Assembly (NCBI GenBank): GCA_009914755.4
Contig: CP086569.2
Coordinates: 10,144,001 to 10,208,000, forward strand
From: the human T2T-CHM13v2.0 reference genome, Homo sapiens
Reading direction: 5' to 3'
Length of the DNA: 64,000 bases
Shown here: piece by piece, positions 14,331 through 26,210 of the stretch
How positions within the stretch are numbered: position 1 is the first letter of the stretch
Layout: each line of letters begins with the position of its first letter
Position numbers and translations under genes: made by a program
The notes under the pieces: model-generated
What the model was told of the DNA's origin: nothing
The model's database searches: none
Seen by the model: only the letters and a program-made list of their open reading frames with translations

Positions 14331-14490
14331 GAGAGATAGAGACAGGGTCTTGCTCTATTGCCCAGGCTGGAGTGCAGTGGCGTGATTCAGAGTAGCCTCA
14401 AACTACCAAGATTAAGGAGTTCTCCCACCTCTGCCTCCTGAGTTCATGGGACCACAGGCACATACCATTGCATCTGGCTAATTTTTTTTC
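14331..14490 (-). mobile_element. Alu fragment (3' half), antisense
   Basis: agagacagggtcttgctctattgcccaggctggagtgcagtggcg…cctctgcctcctgagttca…ggctaatttttttt is the reverse complement of an Alu right arm. Confidence 0.85.
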
Positions 14491-17317
14491 AGCAGAAATA
14501 AAGTCTTATCATGTTGCCTACCTGGTCTCAAATGATCCTTGAAAATAGTTTCTAAAGGAGTATTTGTACTTTAGTGCTTACCTGGACTTCATCTGATTCA
14601 CGTGACCTCCAGGGCTTTATTCAAATTGAAATGTAGAAATAATAAGACTTTTTCTTGACTTTTTTTTCCCCTGAAAAAACTCAGCAGCCCTGGCCCTGGT
14701 CCAAGTGGAGCTTAATCATCTTCTAGATTCTGCCCAAGCTCAGACTGTCAGCATTGACTGTGCCATACCCTACCTAGGTTCCAAGTGATTCTGTGACCTG
14801 GGTTGATCTTCCTGAAGCAGCCACCATATTTTCAACCCCTGGTCCTTCCTATATGCCTGAAGGAAAGTCTGGAACAGGAGAAATTTATACAACTATATGA
14901 CTGTTGGCTATCTAGTTGGTCCCTTATGTGGGCTGAGTAATGAAGAAGACAGTGGGATGAAAGAGAAGCATGTTTGGAAAGAGAATATTATTCTCTCTTG
15001 AATAATAAAGTATTTGTCTTTCTCTTCACCATATTCTCTCTCTAATCTAGGCTAAGTATGAAAACAAACACAAAAACCTCTTCTCTGTTTTCTATCAAGG
15101 AGTCCTGGAATTATGCAGAAACAGCACCTGAGCATCCTACAAGTCAGCACTTGTAACCAATTTTGCCCAAAACTAAATGAATTCACTTTTTGTGTGGAGG
15201 CCAAGAAAGCTACGTGGGAGCCTGGCTGTAAGTTGACAAATTCATGGGGTGTGAATGCCAGGGAGAAGAAGGAATATCTTGAACACCAAAAGTTACTTCC
15301 GGCCATCCTTCAAAATATTATTTCCTTGGAAATTGAGGGATCTCTTTTGGTCTCATGAATTAAATGTGCATTTAACCACAGCTATTTTATAGCTACCCCT
15401 ATTTCTATAGCTACAGTGAATAATATATTTAAAACATAAAGGAGGCCATAATTATTTGCTCACATCCTCCAAGTCTAATTCAAAGAAAACTACATGTAAG
15501 ATATTAGTTATGCTTCTAATTTCATCTCTACTTGCTTACCCTTTCTATAGACAGGTTATCTCTCTATATATATTCAGGAGCATTGCTTCAACTCAATTTT
15601 CTGAGGAACTCTAAAATCATTTCAAAAATATAAGCTCTTTTCTGAAACTCAAACTTGAATTTTCTATTTAAACTATTGGATTGGTATCTCACGAACACTA
15701 TACGTTTATGAAGATAAGCCCTCTCTAATTTAGAGACAGGTGCTTTATCTCCAGATTTTTCACTATTTATCTAATAGCTTCAAATCATTGCATTTTTTGT
15801 TGCCTATCTACTTCAATGACTTCTAAGTAGCTAAAATCATAGATAAATAAATGTTGCAATGGGGGAGAAAGCTGGAATGACTCCCAGTATTTTGACTAAA
15901 GAAACTTAAGCTAGGACATAAAGAAACTATGATCTTGGAAAGATAATAAGAACACTTATTTTCAAGAAAAATGCATAAACACAAAAGAGGTAGAAGTTTG
16001 TCCTTGCTAGTCATATTTCTCAATGCTGACTTGGTTAGCAGAAATAGGAGGGATTTAAAACTTTAAATAATGGTCTACAGATGGCAATTCTATTCAAATT
16101 AGCACATTAGCTTATTTTTCTCCTCAGCTTCAGCAGATCAGATTTCTCTGCAATATGCCATGCCTTGGTAGGCTGGGATCATCAGCTGTGGCAGTCAGGT
16201 CTGCAGTGGTTCCGTAGTTAGTAGCTCTTGGGTTCTCACAGCTGCCCACTATGTCAGGAACATGTAAGATTGTGCCTGCCTCTTCCAATACCCTGTAATT
16301 CATTATCCTATAATTACATTGCTGAAGGTTTCTGTGTCCAAATTCACTTCAATAATGCATGACCATCTCACTTCTACAGATATCATTTTTGTTTTAGGCT
16401 GAAAAGAAATTGCTTTACTGTGGCTTACTAGTACCTCTGTTAGTTAATTCCTCTGCAATCCCATTGTCTGTGGGATTTATTCATATATTTCTGATTTCTC
16501 TGAAGATGAGCTAGGGACCTTGTGTATCATGACTAAAAAATATGCTAGAAAGCCTGATGTACGTGTAAGGTTCAGGTTTTCTAATGAATGTACCACAATA
16601 AATCTTTGCCTATGCACACAGGAATCCTGAAGACACCGCTGTGATTCTGGGCCTGAGGCACCGTGGGGCATTATTGAGAGTTGTGAAGGTGTCTAGTATT
16701 CTATTGCATGAGAGGTTCCAGTTGGTCAGTGGGGCAGAAGGAATGACCTGGCATTACTACTCCTCCAAGATGTCCAGACTCCCATTTGGCTCTTAGCCCC
16801 CTTGGGCTATCTGAAGAACCTGAATAGTTCAGCATGCCGGCTCTCTGGGCCACAAATTATTACACCAGGTCAGTGGTTAGTTTTCTTATTTGGGTAGCAG
16901 TTCTAAAAAATGAGGTTCATATTTTTAATATTATGGTTCAAGGAAGAAGTACAATCACAATTGTATATATTACTAAGTGTAAGATATTTAATCCACATAA
17001 GAGACCCAATAGGAGATTTGTTTTCATTTTATAAGATGATGGCTCTGATGATAACTTCATAGGATTTTAGATCCGAAAACAATTACATGAGGATCTTTCC
17101 CTGTACAGTCAATTTTGTAAACTAAAGTAGAGATGATTTGCTTTCCAACTCTTTGCTGACTTCAAAACAAAGGAAAAAGGAGTTTTTTTGTTTGTTTTGT
17201 TTTTCCCTCTTTATGAAAATTAAACTGAACTTGACTTGGCGTTTAGAATTTCATAAGTAAAATTTACTTGTTACTTTTGAAGAGTGGCATTTAGAAAGTG
17301 ATTAAAGAGTGATGATG

Positions 17318-17630
17318 CTGTCCGCAGTGGCTCACTCCTATAATTCTAGCACTCTGGGAGCTTGAACTAGGAGAATCCTTTGGGCCCAGGAATTTGATAC
17401 CCACTTGGGCAATATAGCAAGGCTTCATCACTAAAGAACAACAACAACAACAACAACAAATAGCCTGGTGTGGTGTTGCACACATGTAGTCCCAGCTACG
17501 TGGGAGGTTGAGACAGGAAGATAGCTTGAGACTGAGAGTTTGAGGCTGCAGCATGTGAAGGTGGTGCCAATGCACTCCAGCCTGTGTGACCACACAATAA
17601 CTTGTCTCAGAAAAAAAGAGAGGGGGCTGG
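17318..17630 (+). mobile_element. Alu element
   Basis: gtggctcactcctataattctagcactctgggag…gagtttgaggctgcagcatg…cactccagcctgtgtgacc…, with an A-rich (caa)n middle linker. Confidence 0.9.
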
Positions 17631-17632
17631 TG

Positions 17633-17918
17633 TCGTCGCTCATGCCTGTACTCCCAGCATTTTGGGAGGTTGAGGCCAGCGAATAACCTGAAGTCAGGAG
17701 TTTGAGACCAGTCTGACCAACATGGGGAAAACCCATCTCTACCAAAAATATGAAATTAGGCAGGAGTGGTGGTGTGTGCCTGTAATCCCAGCTACTTAGA
17801 AGGCTGAGTCAGGAAAATTGCTTGAAACCAAGAGGTGGAAGTTGCAGTGAGATCAGGCCACTGCATTCCAGGCTGAGTGACAGAGTGAAACACCATCTCA
17901 AAAAAAAAAAAAAAAAAA
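17633..17918 (+). mobile_element. Alu element with a long poly(A) tail, immediately tandem to the previous Alu
   Basis: ggctggtgtcgtcgctcatgcctgtactcccagcattttgggaggttgaggcc…gcctgtaatcccagctacttagaaggctgag…ccaggctgagtgacagagtgaaacaccatctcaaaaaaaaaaaaaaaaaaaaaa. Confidence 0.9.
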
Positions 17919-19696
17919 AAAATGAAGTCACTAGAAAGAGAATGAAATTATTGGCTATAAACTGAATTTCTTTCTATAAGTTATACATACAAGTTTAAAG
18001 TAATAATGATACAGTGATAGACAATTCATGGTTTTATCTCAATACTTAGTGTTTAATTGTAAAATATGTTCTATAGGATAGCTATACTCCATTTTTCTTT
18101 CTAGGGGAGACTTATGAGAATCCAGAAATGTTAAAGACGCAACTAATGCAAGCTTCCATCTGTGCCCACCTGGATTCTGACATAGGCAGCTCCATTGTTT
18201 GCTTTGTTACTGAGGCCAAAGACTCTAATGCAAATGTGGTACACAGTCAAAAATTTTTTTTCTAGCTACTATAAAACTATAGTAACTAGTTTTATAGTAG
18301 TTCTATAGTGATAGAAACTATAACTTTGTTCCTATATACAAGGGTATACAGCATATGCCTAAATGATAAATTTAAGTGAATCATTGATTAACAGGAAACC
18401 ATTTTAAAAGTCTTCAATTGCAGAAAAAATCTCTGAAAACACTTTGTTGTTAATCTCTGAGTTTTCTTACATGGGTCACTAATCTCTAGCCATGCTAAAT
18501 TGCTGGCATGCTGCCCTTGAAACAAATTAGACATTTTATATAATTCTCATATTCTAATAATAGTATCTTTACACCTCAGAGTTTAAAATGAGTCTAACCT
18601 TTTCCTATTTCCCTAATTAAATAACTTTTTTAAAGTTTAATCTTCAGTGATTTTTTGTAGTAATACTTTTGAATGTATTTCATCAGGATGATTTACTTAT
18701 GTAGTTACCTGATGTCTCACTTTCTTCTGAATGCATATTTTTTATCCATTTATTAGATCTAAGTTTAAGAAGTTGGAATAGGGATTTAAATCCAAATTCT
18801 ACGTTTGAATTTACAGGAGTCAGTGAGTCTAGGAAGTGCCGTTATTTGTAGACCAATATCTGGCAATGGCAGTTGGAGACAAATAAGCTTCAATAGTCTC
18901 AAAGCCCTAGCTACTACAGTGAGTTCACACCTCTCCTGGGTCATATCTACTTCAGCAAAAGAAGGCCACCCACTAAACTAGGCCTTTATGCCTTGGGTGT
19001 AAACTCCTAAGTCCTCTAGTCTCCTTAAGCAGCCAACCACAGTGCCACTTACTTCAATAATAATTACTGCACCTCTGAGACTTTCGTAGCCTTGTGACTA
19101 TAACTAGTGATGCTAGAGTCTGGTCATAGTATGATAAAACACCAGAGCAATAAAAACAAAATATTGACTTAAGCCTCCTAAAATCTCTCTAAATATACCT
19201 TCAATAAATATGCTTTTTCTACATAACAACTGCTTTCTACTTACTTCCTGAACTAATGCTTGGCCTTGGATTATTTTCATTCTTGAAATTGATTCAAAAG
19301 TGTATATTTAACATGAGGGCGAATACAGAATTTCATATGTCAGCAAATAAAATTTTCAAAGTGATGCAAAATACAAATGTGAACTTGTGTTTGTGAACTT
19401 TACTATTCCTTCAAATTAAATGCTCATACCTACCCACTCACACAATTTTTTATAACTATCTGCATGTTCTTCTCAGGTGGGAGAAAACAGTATCAGAGTT
19501 CTTGAATAATTTATGGAAGTCAGAATGACAATACTATACAAGGTTTAACCTATTCACAATACTGTATTTAGTGAATGAAGACATGACTTTTAAAATCCTA
19601 CTAAAGTATTAAGTAAGTAAAATATATGATTTCAATAACTCTAAAATATGTGTACATGAAGAAAATAGATCAAGGATTAAAATACGTAAACAACAA

Positions 19697-20055
<359 letters not shown>

Positions 20056-20689
20056 TTAGAAAAAGTGCTCACAGGAAACTCACATATCTAACAGAAAAAA
20101 AAAAATTCTTGAAAACAAAAGTTCCAGAATGGGCAGATAAGAAAACAAATTTAACACTTTGCATATAAAGTACAAATAGTAAACTGAAAAGAACCACAGG
20201 GGAAAACCATTCAAAATTTACAACTAAGTACTCTAAAAGAAGCTGAAAGTCCCTCAAAAACTTTCTAGAGCCCATGTTCCTGTATTGCAAAAATGATCAT
20301 AAAATTTGCCAAGAGTAGAACAATAAAAATGTATCTTAAACCTTGATAAATACTTCAAGTCTCACATAAGATTTGTAATGGAAAATGGATCCTTCCGCAG
20401 GTTTTGCATACAATTATGAACAAACCATTTTTCTTTGTATTTAAATTGGCTTTTTCAATATTCTAAGAAATTAACTTTTATATTAATAGTAGGTGATGTA
20501 ACAAAGCAGGTCTTTATCAAGATAACTGACACTGGATATCCACACCATTACTCAGGTGGGCCTTAATTCCCAGTCAGGTTCCCTCCCTGGACACACACTG
20601 AAGGTCCACATCTATTTTGTAATCTCTTCACATTTACAGCCCTGGAGGAAGCTCTAAAATACATGTACATTCAGAAAATAGAACATTTC

Positions 20690-23489
20690 CTCACACTGGA
20701 GCCCAGTGTGGTCCTCCAGATTCCCTGTACAGTGGCCTGTCTTATCTGGGAAGGAAGGGCAGTGGGAGTGCAAGTGAGGATGGCAGAGAGGAGAATGCAT
20801 GTCAGGGGTGCCTGGGGTCATTAAAACAGAACATGACAGGCCTGGGAGAAACATTTTGAAAGGGTGTAGACCTAGATTGGCCTCAGGTGCACATCTGCTT
20901 GGAGAGGGAGAGGGCCCTGGTTGAGCTCAATCTGAGCCCCAGGTGGCAGCAGGCCTCAAGGCAGGGGAGGGAGCTGGTGAGTGATGATGAGACAGCTATC
21001 CCTTAAGCCCTGCTTCTCACTGACATTAGACACATATGCATTGTCGATGGCTTAGGGTTCCCCAATCCTAAAATGTGGGTGTTACAGTTCCCTGATGGGC
21101 CTTTCTTCCCAAACCGATGGTTGGCCTGGGATTGCTCACTGCAGTCTTCTCCATGATCCTTGAGTTCTCCATGCAGGGTACAGATCCATGACTCGAAGGC
21201 CTCTCAGTTCCCAGACCTAGGCTGCTCACCTGGCCTCCTCTTTGTTCCCTCTCTAATGCTGTCCCTCACTCCCTGGGGTAGAACTCCAATGGATTGAGCC
21301 ATAGGCCCTGGCTAATGATCTGGGGAACTGCAGAAGGGGTCCACAACAGGTCAGGTCACAGTTCAAAGCCCATTCCCAAGAGGCCAAGGAATGAGCAGCA
21401 AGGTCCTTTCCCATGATGCCCCACCACGGACCCCACCTCAGCAATCCTGCCAAAACCCAGGCAGTCATATTCAGCCAAACAGCTGAACAAGCTCAGGTAG
21501 GCAATGTTCTGCCTACAGCTGGAGGCTTGACCTTCATGATCCCACTGGACTGCAGTGGAATGAGACACCCTGTACCCTGCAGGGAGAGGAGTCAGGGAGG
21601 TTCATGACAGGCTTACCCTCTCACACACCAGCTCCCTTACCATGCTGAGAGGCACTTCTTACCCAGGATGCCAAAGAAGTATTCCTTAATGATAACTTCA
21701 TTGTGGAAGTAAAGGTTGTGATGAAAGGAAATTTCATCCAGCCGCCGGTAACCAGGATGACTGAGTTCCTCCACCTGTCTGATCAAGAAGAAGAAAGAGG
21801 ATGGACTCAACGGGACCATTTCATCTAGCTGGGCTGAAGTGGGCTGCCATCTGGAGTAAAGGATGAGTTTCCCCTTTCCAGCTCTGCCACTGAGACAGCC
21901 CCAGGCCCCAGGGGAACCTCAAACTGACTCAGAAACTGGACCACTCCCACAGACCCAGGCTCCCCACCCTGACCTGCAAATCCATCATGTAGCAAAGCAG
22001 GACTTCATCATGGTTTCTGACCTAGGCCGACATCTGGGCTTGCCAAGCAATCTACCTCTGGTCAAGGAGCCTCCAGATGATTGGTTGGGCAAGCGTGGTG
22101 ACACCCTGCAATTTTGCAAGATCACAGAGAATGTGGAGCAGGGCTATCTTCCAGACATTTGGCCTGTCACCCTCTCTTGTTGATCCCCTGTCTTTGGCAA
22201 GAAGGCAACACCACGACTGTGGTGGTTTTTGGTTGGGTGGAGCCAGGCCAAGCTGGCCTGCACTGACCAGGGACAGGAAGCAGAATGAGTGGGCAGGTGG
22301 TTTTGGCTGAGGGAGGGATGGGGGAAGGCAGGGTGGTATGAGGTGTCTGCTTCCTCAGGGTTCATGAGCTGCAGGAGGCCCTTGTGTGCTGGGTTCTGGA
22401 CATGCTCTGCTGATATCTGGGTGTGTGGTGTCCTCTTATCCTGGACTCCCTGAGGGTGTGCCTGTCCACTTGAGGGAAGCCTTGTAGGTAGAAGGAGCTT
22501 GCAGGATTTTGCCTGGTGCTCCCCATGGGAATTGTGTGGGTGCAAAGGAGTTTATATATGCTCGGGGCCTACACCTCTTTTGGTGCAGCGCCCGCAGGGG
22601 AAAGAAAGCGTTATCTGGGGAGCTGGTACCTGCCTTGAGGAGGTCAGCAGCCCCATGCACCACAAACTCGAGTCTTTAGCACCTTGTGTTTCTGGGGTGA
22701 GCCTGGTGGAAACAGGCACTAAAAGCGGGGGTGGTTCATTAGCTGGCCCGAGCTTGCAGACTCCCCTTCCTCCAGGGCATTTCCCAGGGAAACGTGCCCC
22801 TTAACTTTGTGCTGTGAGTGAAGGACCCTTGGCGCCGAGATTCCTCCTTGTGAGTACTGTGCTTGGCTTCCCTTCCCTACCACGTGCTCCCGGGGCTCCC
22901 ACAAGCAAGCTAGCCTCCTATCTGCAGGAACCTGGCCTCCGCTCCCAACCTGTGCCCCATCCCCTGCCTCCTGGCTCACCCCATACGCCTCCCTCCTGGC
23001 TCCTCCCCCAACCCAGCCCCCATGCCCCCCACCCCGAAGCCTGATGCCCATCCCCTGCTGCCAGCAATACCGAATGGACAGCTGCAAGGATATGGCTCTG
23101 TCCCAGAAGCCGGAGACGCCCTGTGGCCTGGCCCATTCACAGCCCAGCTGCAAGTGAAGGACCTCCAGAGAGTCCATTCACGGCCCGGTTCTGCTGGGTC
23201 CAGGGCCAGGCTGTGCCCGCTGGTCCTCCTTCTGCCACTACACATTGGTCTCCTCCTTAACCACCACCTCCTTCTCAGCCATTATGTCTTCCACCATCAG
23301 CACCGCCTCCTCTTTCAAGGCCGCCTCCTTGCTCTGTACCCGGGCCGTCCTCTCCAGCAGAGCCTCCCGCCTGAACACTGTGCCCTCCTGGGTACTCCCG
23401 CAGACCCCGGTCTGTGCAGCCCAGCCCATCCCCGGCACCACTAGGCTCTGGGGCCGCTCCCCAGGAGGCCCGCTCCCCGGAAGGCCCAC
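20690..23489 (-). pseudogene. TSPY-like pseudogene A(-) (TSPY/NAP family) with retained intron-exon layout. Exon-1-like 23170-23489, exon-2-like ~21974-22051, exon-3-like ~21663-21781, exon-4-like ~21436-21576, exon-5-like ~21265-21330, plus 3'-terminal homology to 20690. Internal stops and frameshifts
   Basis: Minus-strand translations: 23238-23489 MGLPGSGPP…[46 protein letters not shown], parallel to TSPY exon 1 MRPEGSLTY…[13 protein letters not shown]…[19 protein letters not shown]. Exon 2 IAWQAQMSA*… versus [10 protein letters not shown]. Exon 3 VEELSHPGYRRLDEISFHHNLYFHNEVIIKEYFFGI versus [36 protein letters not shown]. Exon 4 YRVSHSTAVQW…NIAYLSLFSCLAEYDCLGFGRIAE versus YRASHSTPIEW…[23 protein letters not shown]. 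The TSPY comparison is from memory of the human protein. Confidence 0.8.
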
Positions 23490-24399
23490 AGACCTCGCCC
23501 TGCTGAGAACCTAGTCCCACAGGTACGTAGACGCAGGTTTCCTGAAAAGCCCGGCTGGGCCCGCAGATCGCCGCACTTGACCTGGGGCTCAGGTCCCCAG
23601 CAGGGTCAACTGCGCACAGGAGCTCAGGAGCCACAGCCCAAGGCCTTGGGCTTGCAGAGCCCCACCAGCAGGCACCGCAGCCGCTGCTGCACGTGCGGGA
23701 GCCTCTAGGTCTGCAAGGCAGCGCACAATTGTGTGCACGCAGGATATCGACGGCCAACCTGGCGGCTGGTCTCCGGTGTGCCTAGGGCATAGGACGAGAG
23801 GCACTTTGGAATGCTCCCCGGAGTACAGCATCCTCACGGAGGAAGCATGGTACGCGGAGCCTGTATTTGCCTCGACCTGCGAGAGCGCTTGCCGGGGTTC
23901 TGGCCTCTAGAGGCGACGACTTCCACCCAAGCATAACCCGGCTACTTTCCTCCCTAGCGTCGGCCCCGACCCACTTTCCCCAGGCCACCCCCACTGCCCT
24001 CGCCCCAGCAGCCAGAGAGAGTTCTCCTCTGGATCTGCAATATTCCGTATCATCTACCTGGCTTGCCTAATGAAATGAGATGTTTCATGTGCTCCTTGTG
24101 GGTCAATGATTTGCCACATTCAGGATGTCAGTTAGGGCACAGGTCTCCCATGCCCGCAATTCCAAAGGCCACGCAGCCCACGTGTGCCTGGACGCAGCGC
24201 TACCTGGCACAAGCTCCAAGGGCTTTTCAGAGGAGGGTTACCCCAGGAGGCTGGGACTGCAGGCCAACCTGGGTTGGTGCCGCCCAGGGAGACGCCCACC
24301 GCCCTCCGACTGATTGACCGCGGGGGGAGGCGGGTGGTGTTGGCGCGGCTCCTGGCGCCGTTTGCCTGAAGTCTGTTGGGGGAGCCTGGAGCCCAGTGC
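23490..24399. promoter_or_regulatory. CpG-rich 910-bp spacer between the divergent (head-to-head) start codons of A(-) and A(+). Presumed bidirectional TSPY promoter/5'UTR region; no function demonstrated
   Basis: High G+C with many CpGs (…cgcagatcgccgcact…gcgcacaattgtgtgcacgcaggatatcgacggcc…cgcggggggaggcgggtggtgttggcgcggctcctggcgccg…). Flanked by ATG 23487-23489 (minus) and ATG 24400-24402 (plus). ~85-90% identical to the equivalent spacer 62881-63801. Confidence 0.45.
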
Positions 24400-25516
24400 A
24401 TGCGCCCTGAGGGCCCTCCGACCCACAGGCTCCAGTAAGGGCAGCGGCAGGGTTCCTGTGGTGTGGGTCAGGCAGCACAGGCGGTGGTCTGTGGGAGTCC
24501 GGAGAAGGGCACTGTCTTCAGGATGGAGGCTGTACAGGAGGGGGCTCCCGGTGCGCAGAGCGGGGAGGCAGCCTTGGAGGAGGAGTTGTGCTGCTGTTAG
24601 ACAACATAATGGCGGAGACGAAGGTGGTGGCCCAGGAGGAGGCCGACGTGGAGCTGCAGGAGGAGGACCAACGGGCACAGCCTGGCCCTGGGCCCATGAC
24701 CCCAGAGTCTGCACTGGTGGAGCTGCTGGTCGTTCAGGTGGGGCTGGAGCTGGTTAATGCCCGAGCCAGGAATACCTTTTCTCAGGAGAGGAGAAAGATG
24801 GAGCAGAGGCGCAAGCCCCAGCTGGACCGCAGAGGCGCCATCATCCAGAGCATCCCTGGCTTCTGGGCCAGTGTTGCATCATTTTCAGTGTTTCTTCTGC
24901 CTATCTAGTTGAGAGGTGCTCTTGGGGAAGTGTAAGTAACTGATGGGCAGCTCGGCGTCGATGTGACCATTTGGGGAAGAAACGTGGGTTGCCACGGACA
25001 CATGTGGCTGTAAAAAGCCGGAGCAGAGGCGGGTACTATCTTCCTGCATGCAGCGGAGAAACCCTTCGTGATGCTGAGCATCAGACGTTTGGGGCATCTT
25101 TTTGAAGAGCAGAAGCGAGTTCTCACCAGAACAGGTTTTTCTGTGAATCAAGATATTGTTAAGGGTGTGTGATTGCTCCCCCTTACTAGTCTGATCTGAG
25201 ACTGGGAGTCTTTGGGTATAAGCAGATTCTGCCACTCCTTAGACACCAGGAACTCTCTGCAAATTTCCCCTCCCAATATCAGTGCAGTCAGCCTCAGAAT
25301 TACATACTCTCCGTGAACCCAAGAGTCCTTAATTCAGGGGGAGGGAGAGGGGAAAGGGAGGTCATACATGGAAGCAGATCTGATAAATTCCATACCCCTG
25401 CCTTTGGGTGCTCTTAGGCCTTCTTCCCTGTTGTTTCTAGCTTTTCCTTCCATGGCATCTAAAGCCTCTTTGACCTAAATCAAGATTGCGAACCACCCCC
25501 AGATGTCAGCCTTGAT
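24400..25516 (+). pseudogene. TSPY-like pseudogene A(+): exon 1 (24400-~24890) with a premature stop, intron 1, and exon 2 truncated after 27 bp at ~25516, where homology to other copies ends abruptly
   Basis: 24400 atgcgccctgagggccc (MRPEG…), then an in-frame TAA 12 codons later. Later ORF 24588-24908 [89 protein letters not shown] (NAP-domain N-terminal region, very close to TSPY exon 1). Intron 1 aligns with copy B(-) intron 1. 25490-25516 attgcgaaccacccccagatgtcagccttgat ([10 protein letters not shown]), then unrelated sequence. Confidence 0.8.
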
Positions 25517-26006
25517 TATGGGTTTATATGCCCACAGATACATCAATCACATCTCCTGGCACTGCTCTGTAATAGAGAGGCCTGGCCTCTGTGAGTCATG
25601 GTTCCTAGGCTCCCATAAAAATTACTTCCTGTTTCAATTCAGTTGAGGGGTGACAGTGAAGAGACTAGAGAACAAGAAGACTAGAGAAGCCAGTGTGTGT
25701 CCCTCTCCTTCTCAGCAGGGGATATGTTTCTGCAGTGATTCCATGGCCTGCAGGACATGCTCTCTGTTTTCATTTTCTATTTAGTGACCCTAATCCTAGA
25801 ATATTCTAATGCTATTTCCTCCAATTGTCTTCTCTAAAGAATTTGGGTATCATTTTTGGAGACTTAAATAAAAACTATTGATATGGAAGGGGGTAGAGAA
25901 GTGCTGGGTAGGGGAGGGCATGGTCCTTGGTTAGGGCTCCACCCTCAGACCTGTGTTCACTCACATAGGTGAGGACAAACACTTCTGTTTTCTTGTCCAA
26001 ATGTTG

Positions 26007-26210
26007 CATTTCCCAAGACCACCCTGGCCTGCCACACCTCCATCCTGTGATATAAGAAACTCCGATACCCTAGCAGGCAGTGACATACCCGCAGATGTTG
26101 AGAGGAACATTTCCCAAGACCACCCTGGCCTGCTACACCTCCATCCTGTGATATAAGAAACCTGGAGACCCTAGCAGGCAGTGACATAGCCGCAGATGTC
26201 GAGAGGAACC
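26007..26210. repeat. Tandem duplication, 2 x ~101 bp
   Basis: catttcccaagaccaccctggcctgc(c/t)acacctccatcctgtgatataagaaac…cctagcaggcagtgacata(c/g)ccgcagatgt(t/c)gagaggaa occurs twice consecutively. Confidence 0.85.

Noticed and set aside
21863-22183. Plus-strand 106-aa ORF (MSFPFPALPLRQPQAPGEPQTD…)
   Set aside because: It lies antisense to intron 2/exon 2 of the A(-) TSPY pseudogene. It has no homology and is a GC-rich chance ORF.
22400-24800. Numerous overlapping 60-160-aa ORFs on both strands (e.g. 22719-23177 minus, 23275-23757 minus, 24238-24714 minus, 24314-24757 plus)
   Set aside because: GC-rich CpG-island DNA is naturally stop-poor. Only the frames matching TSPY exon 1 (23238-23489 minus, 24588-24908 plus) carry real homology. 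The rest are antisense or out-of-frame readings of the same DNA.
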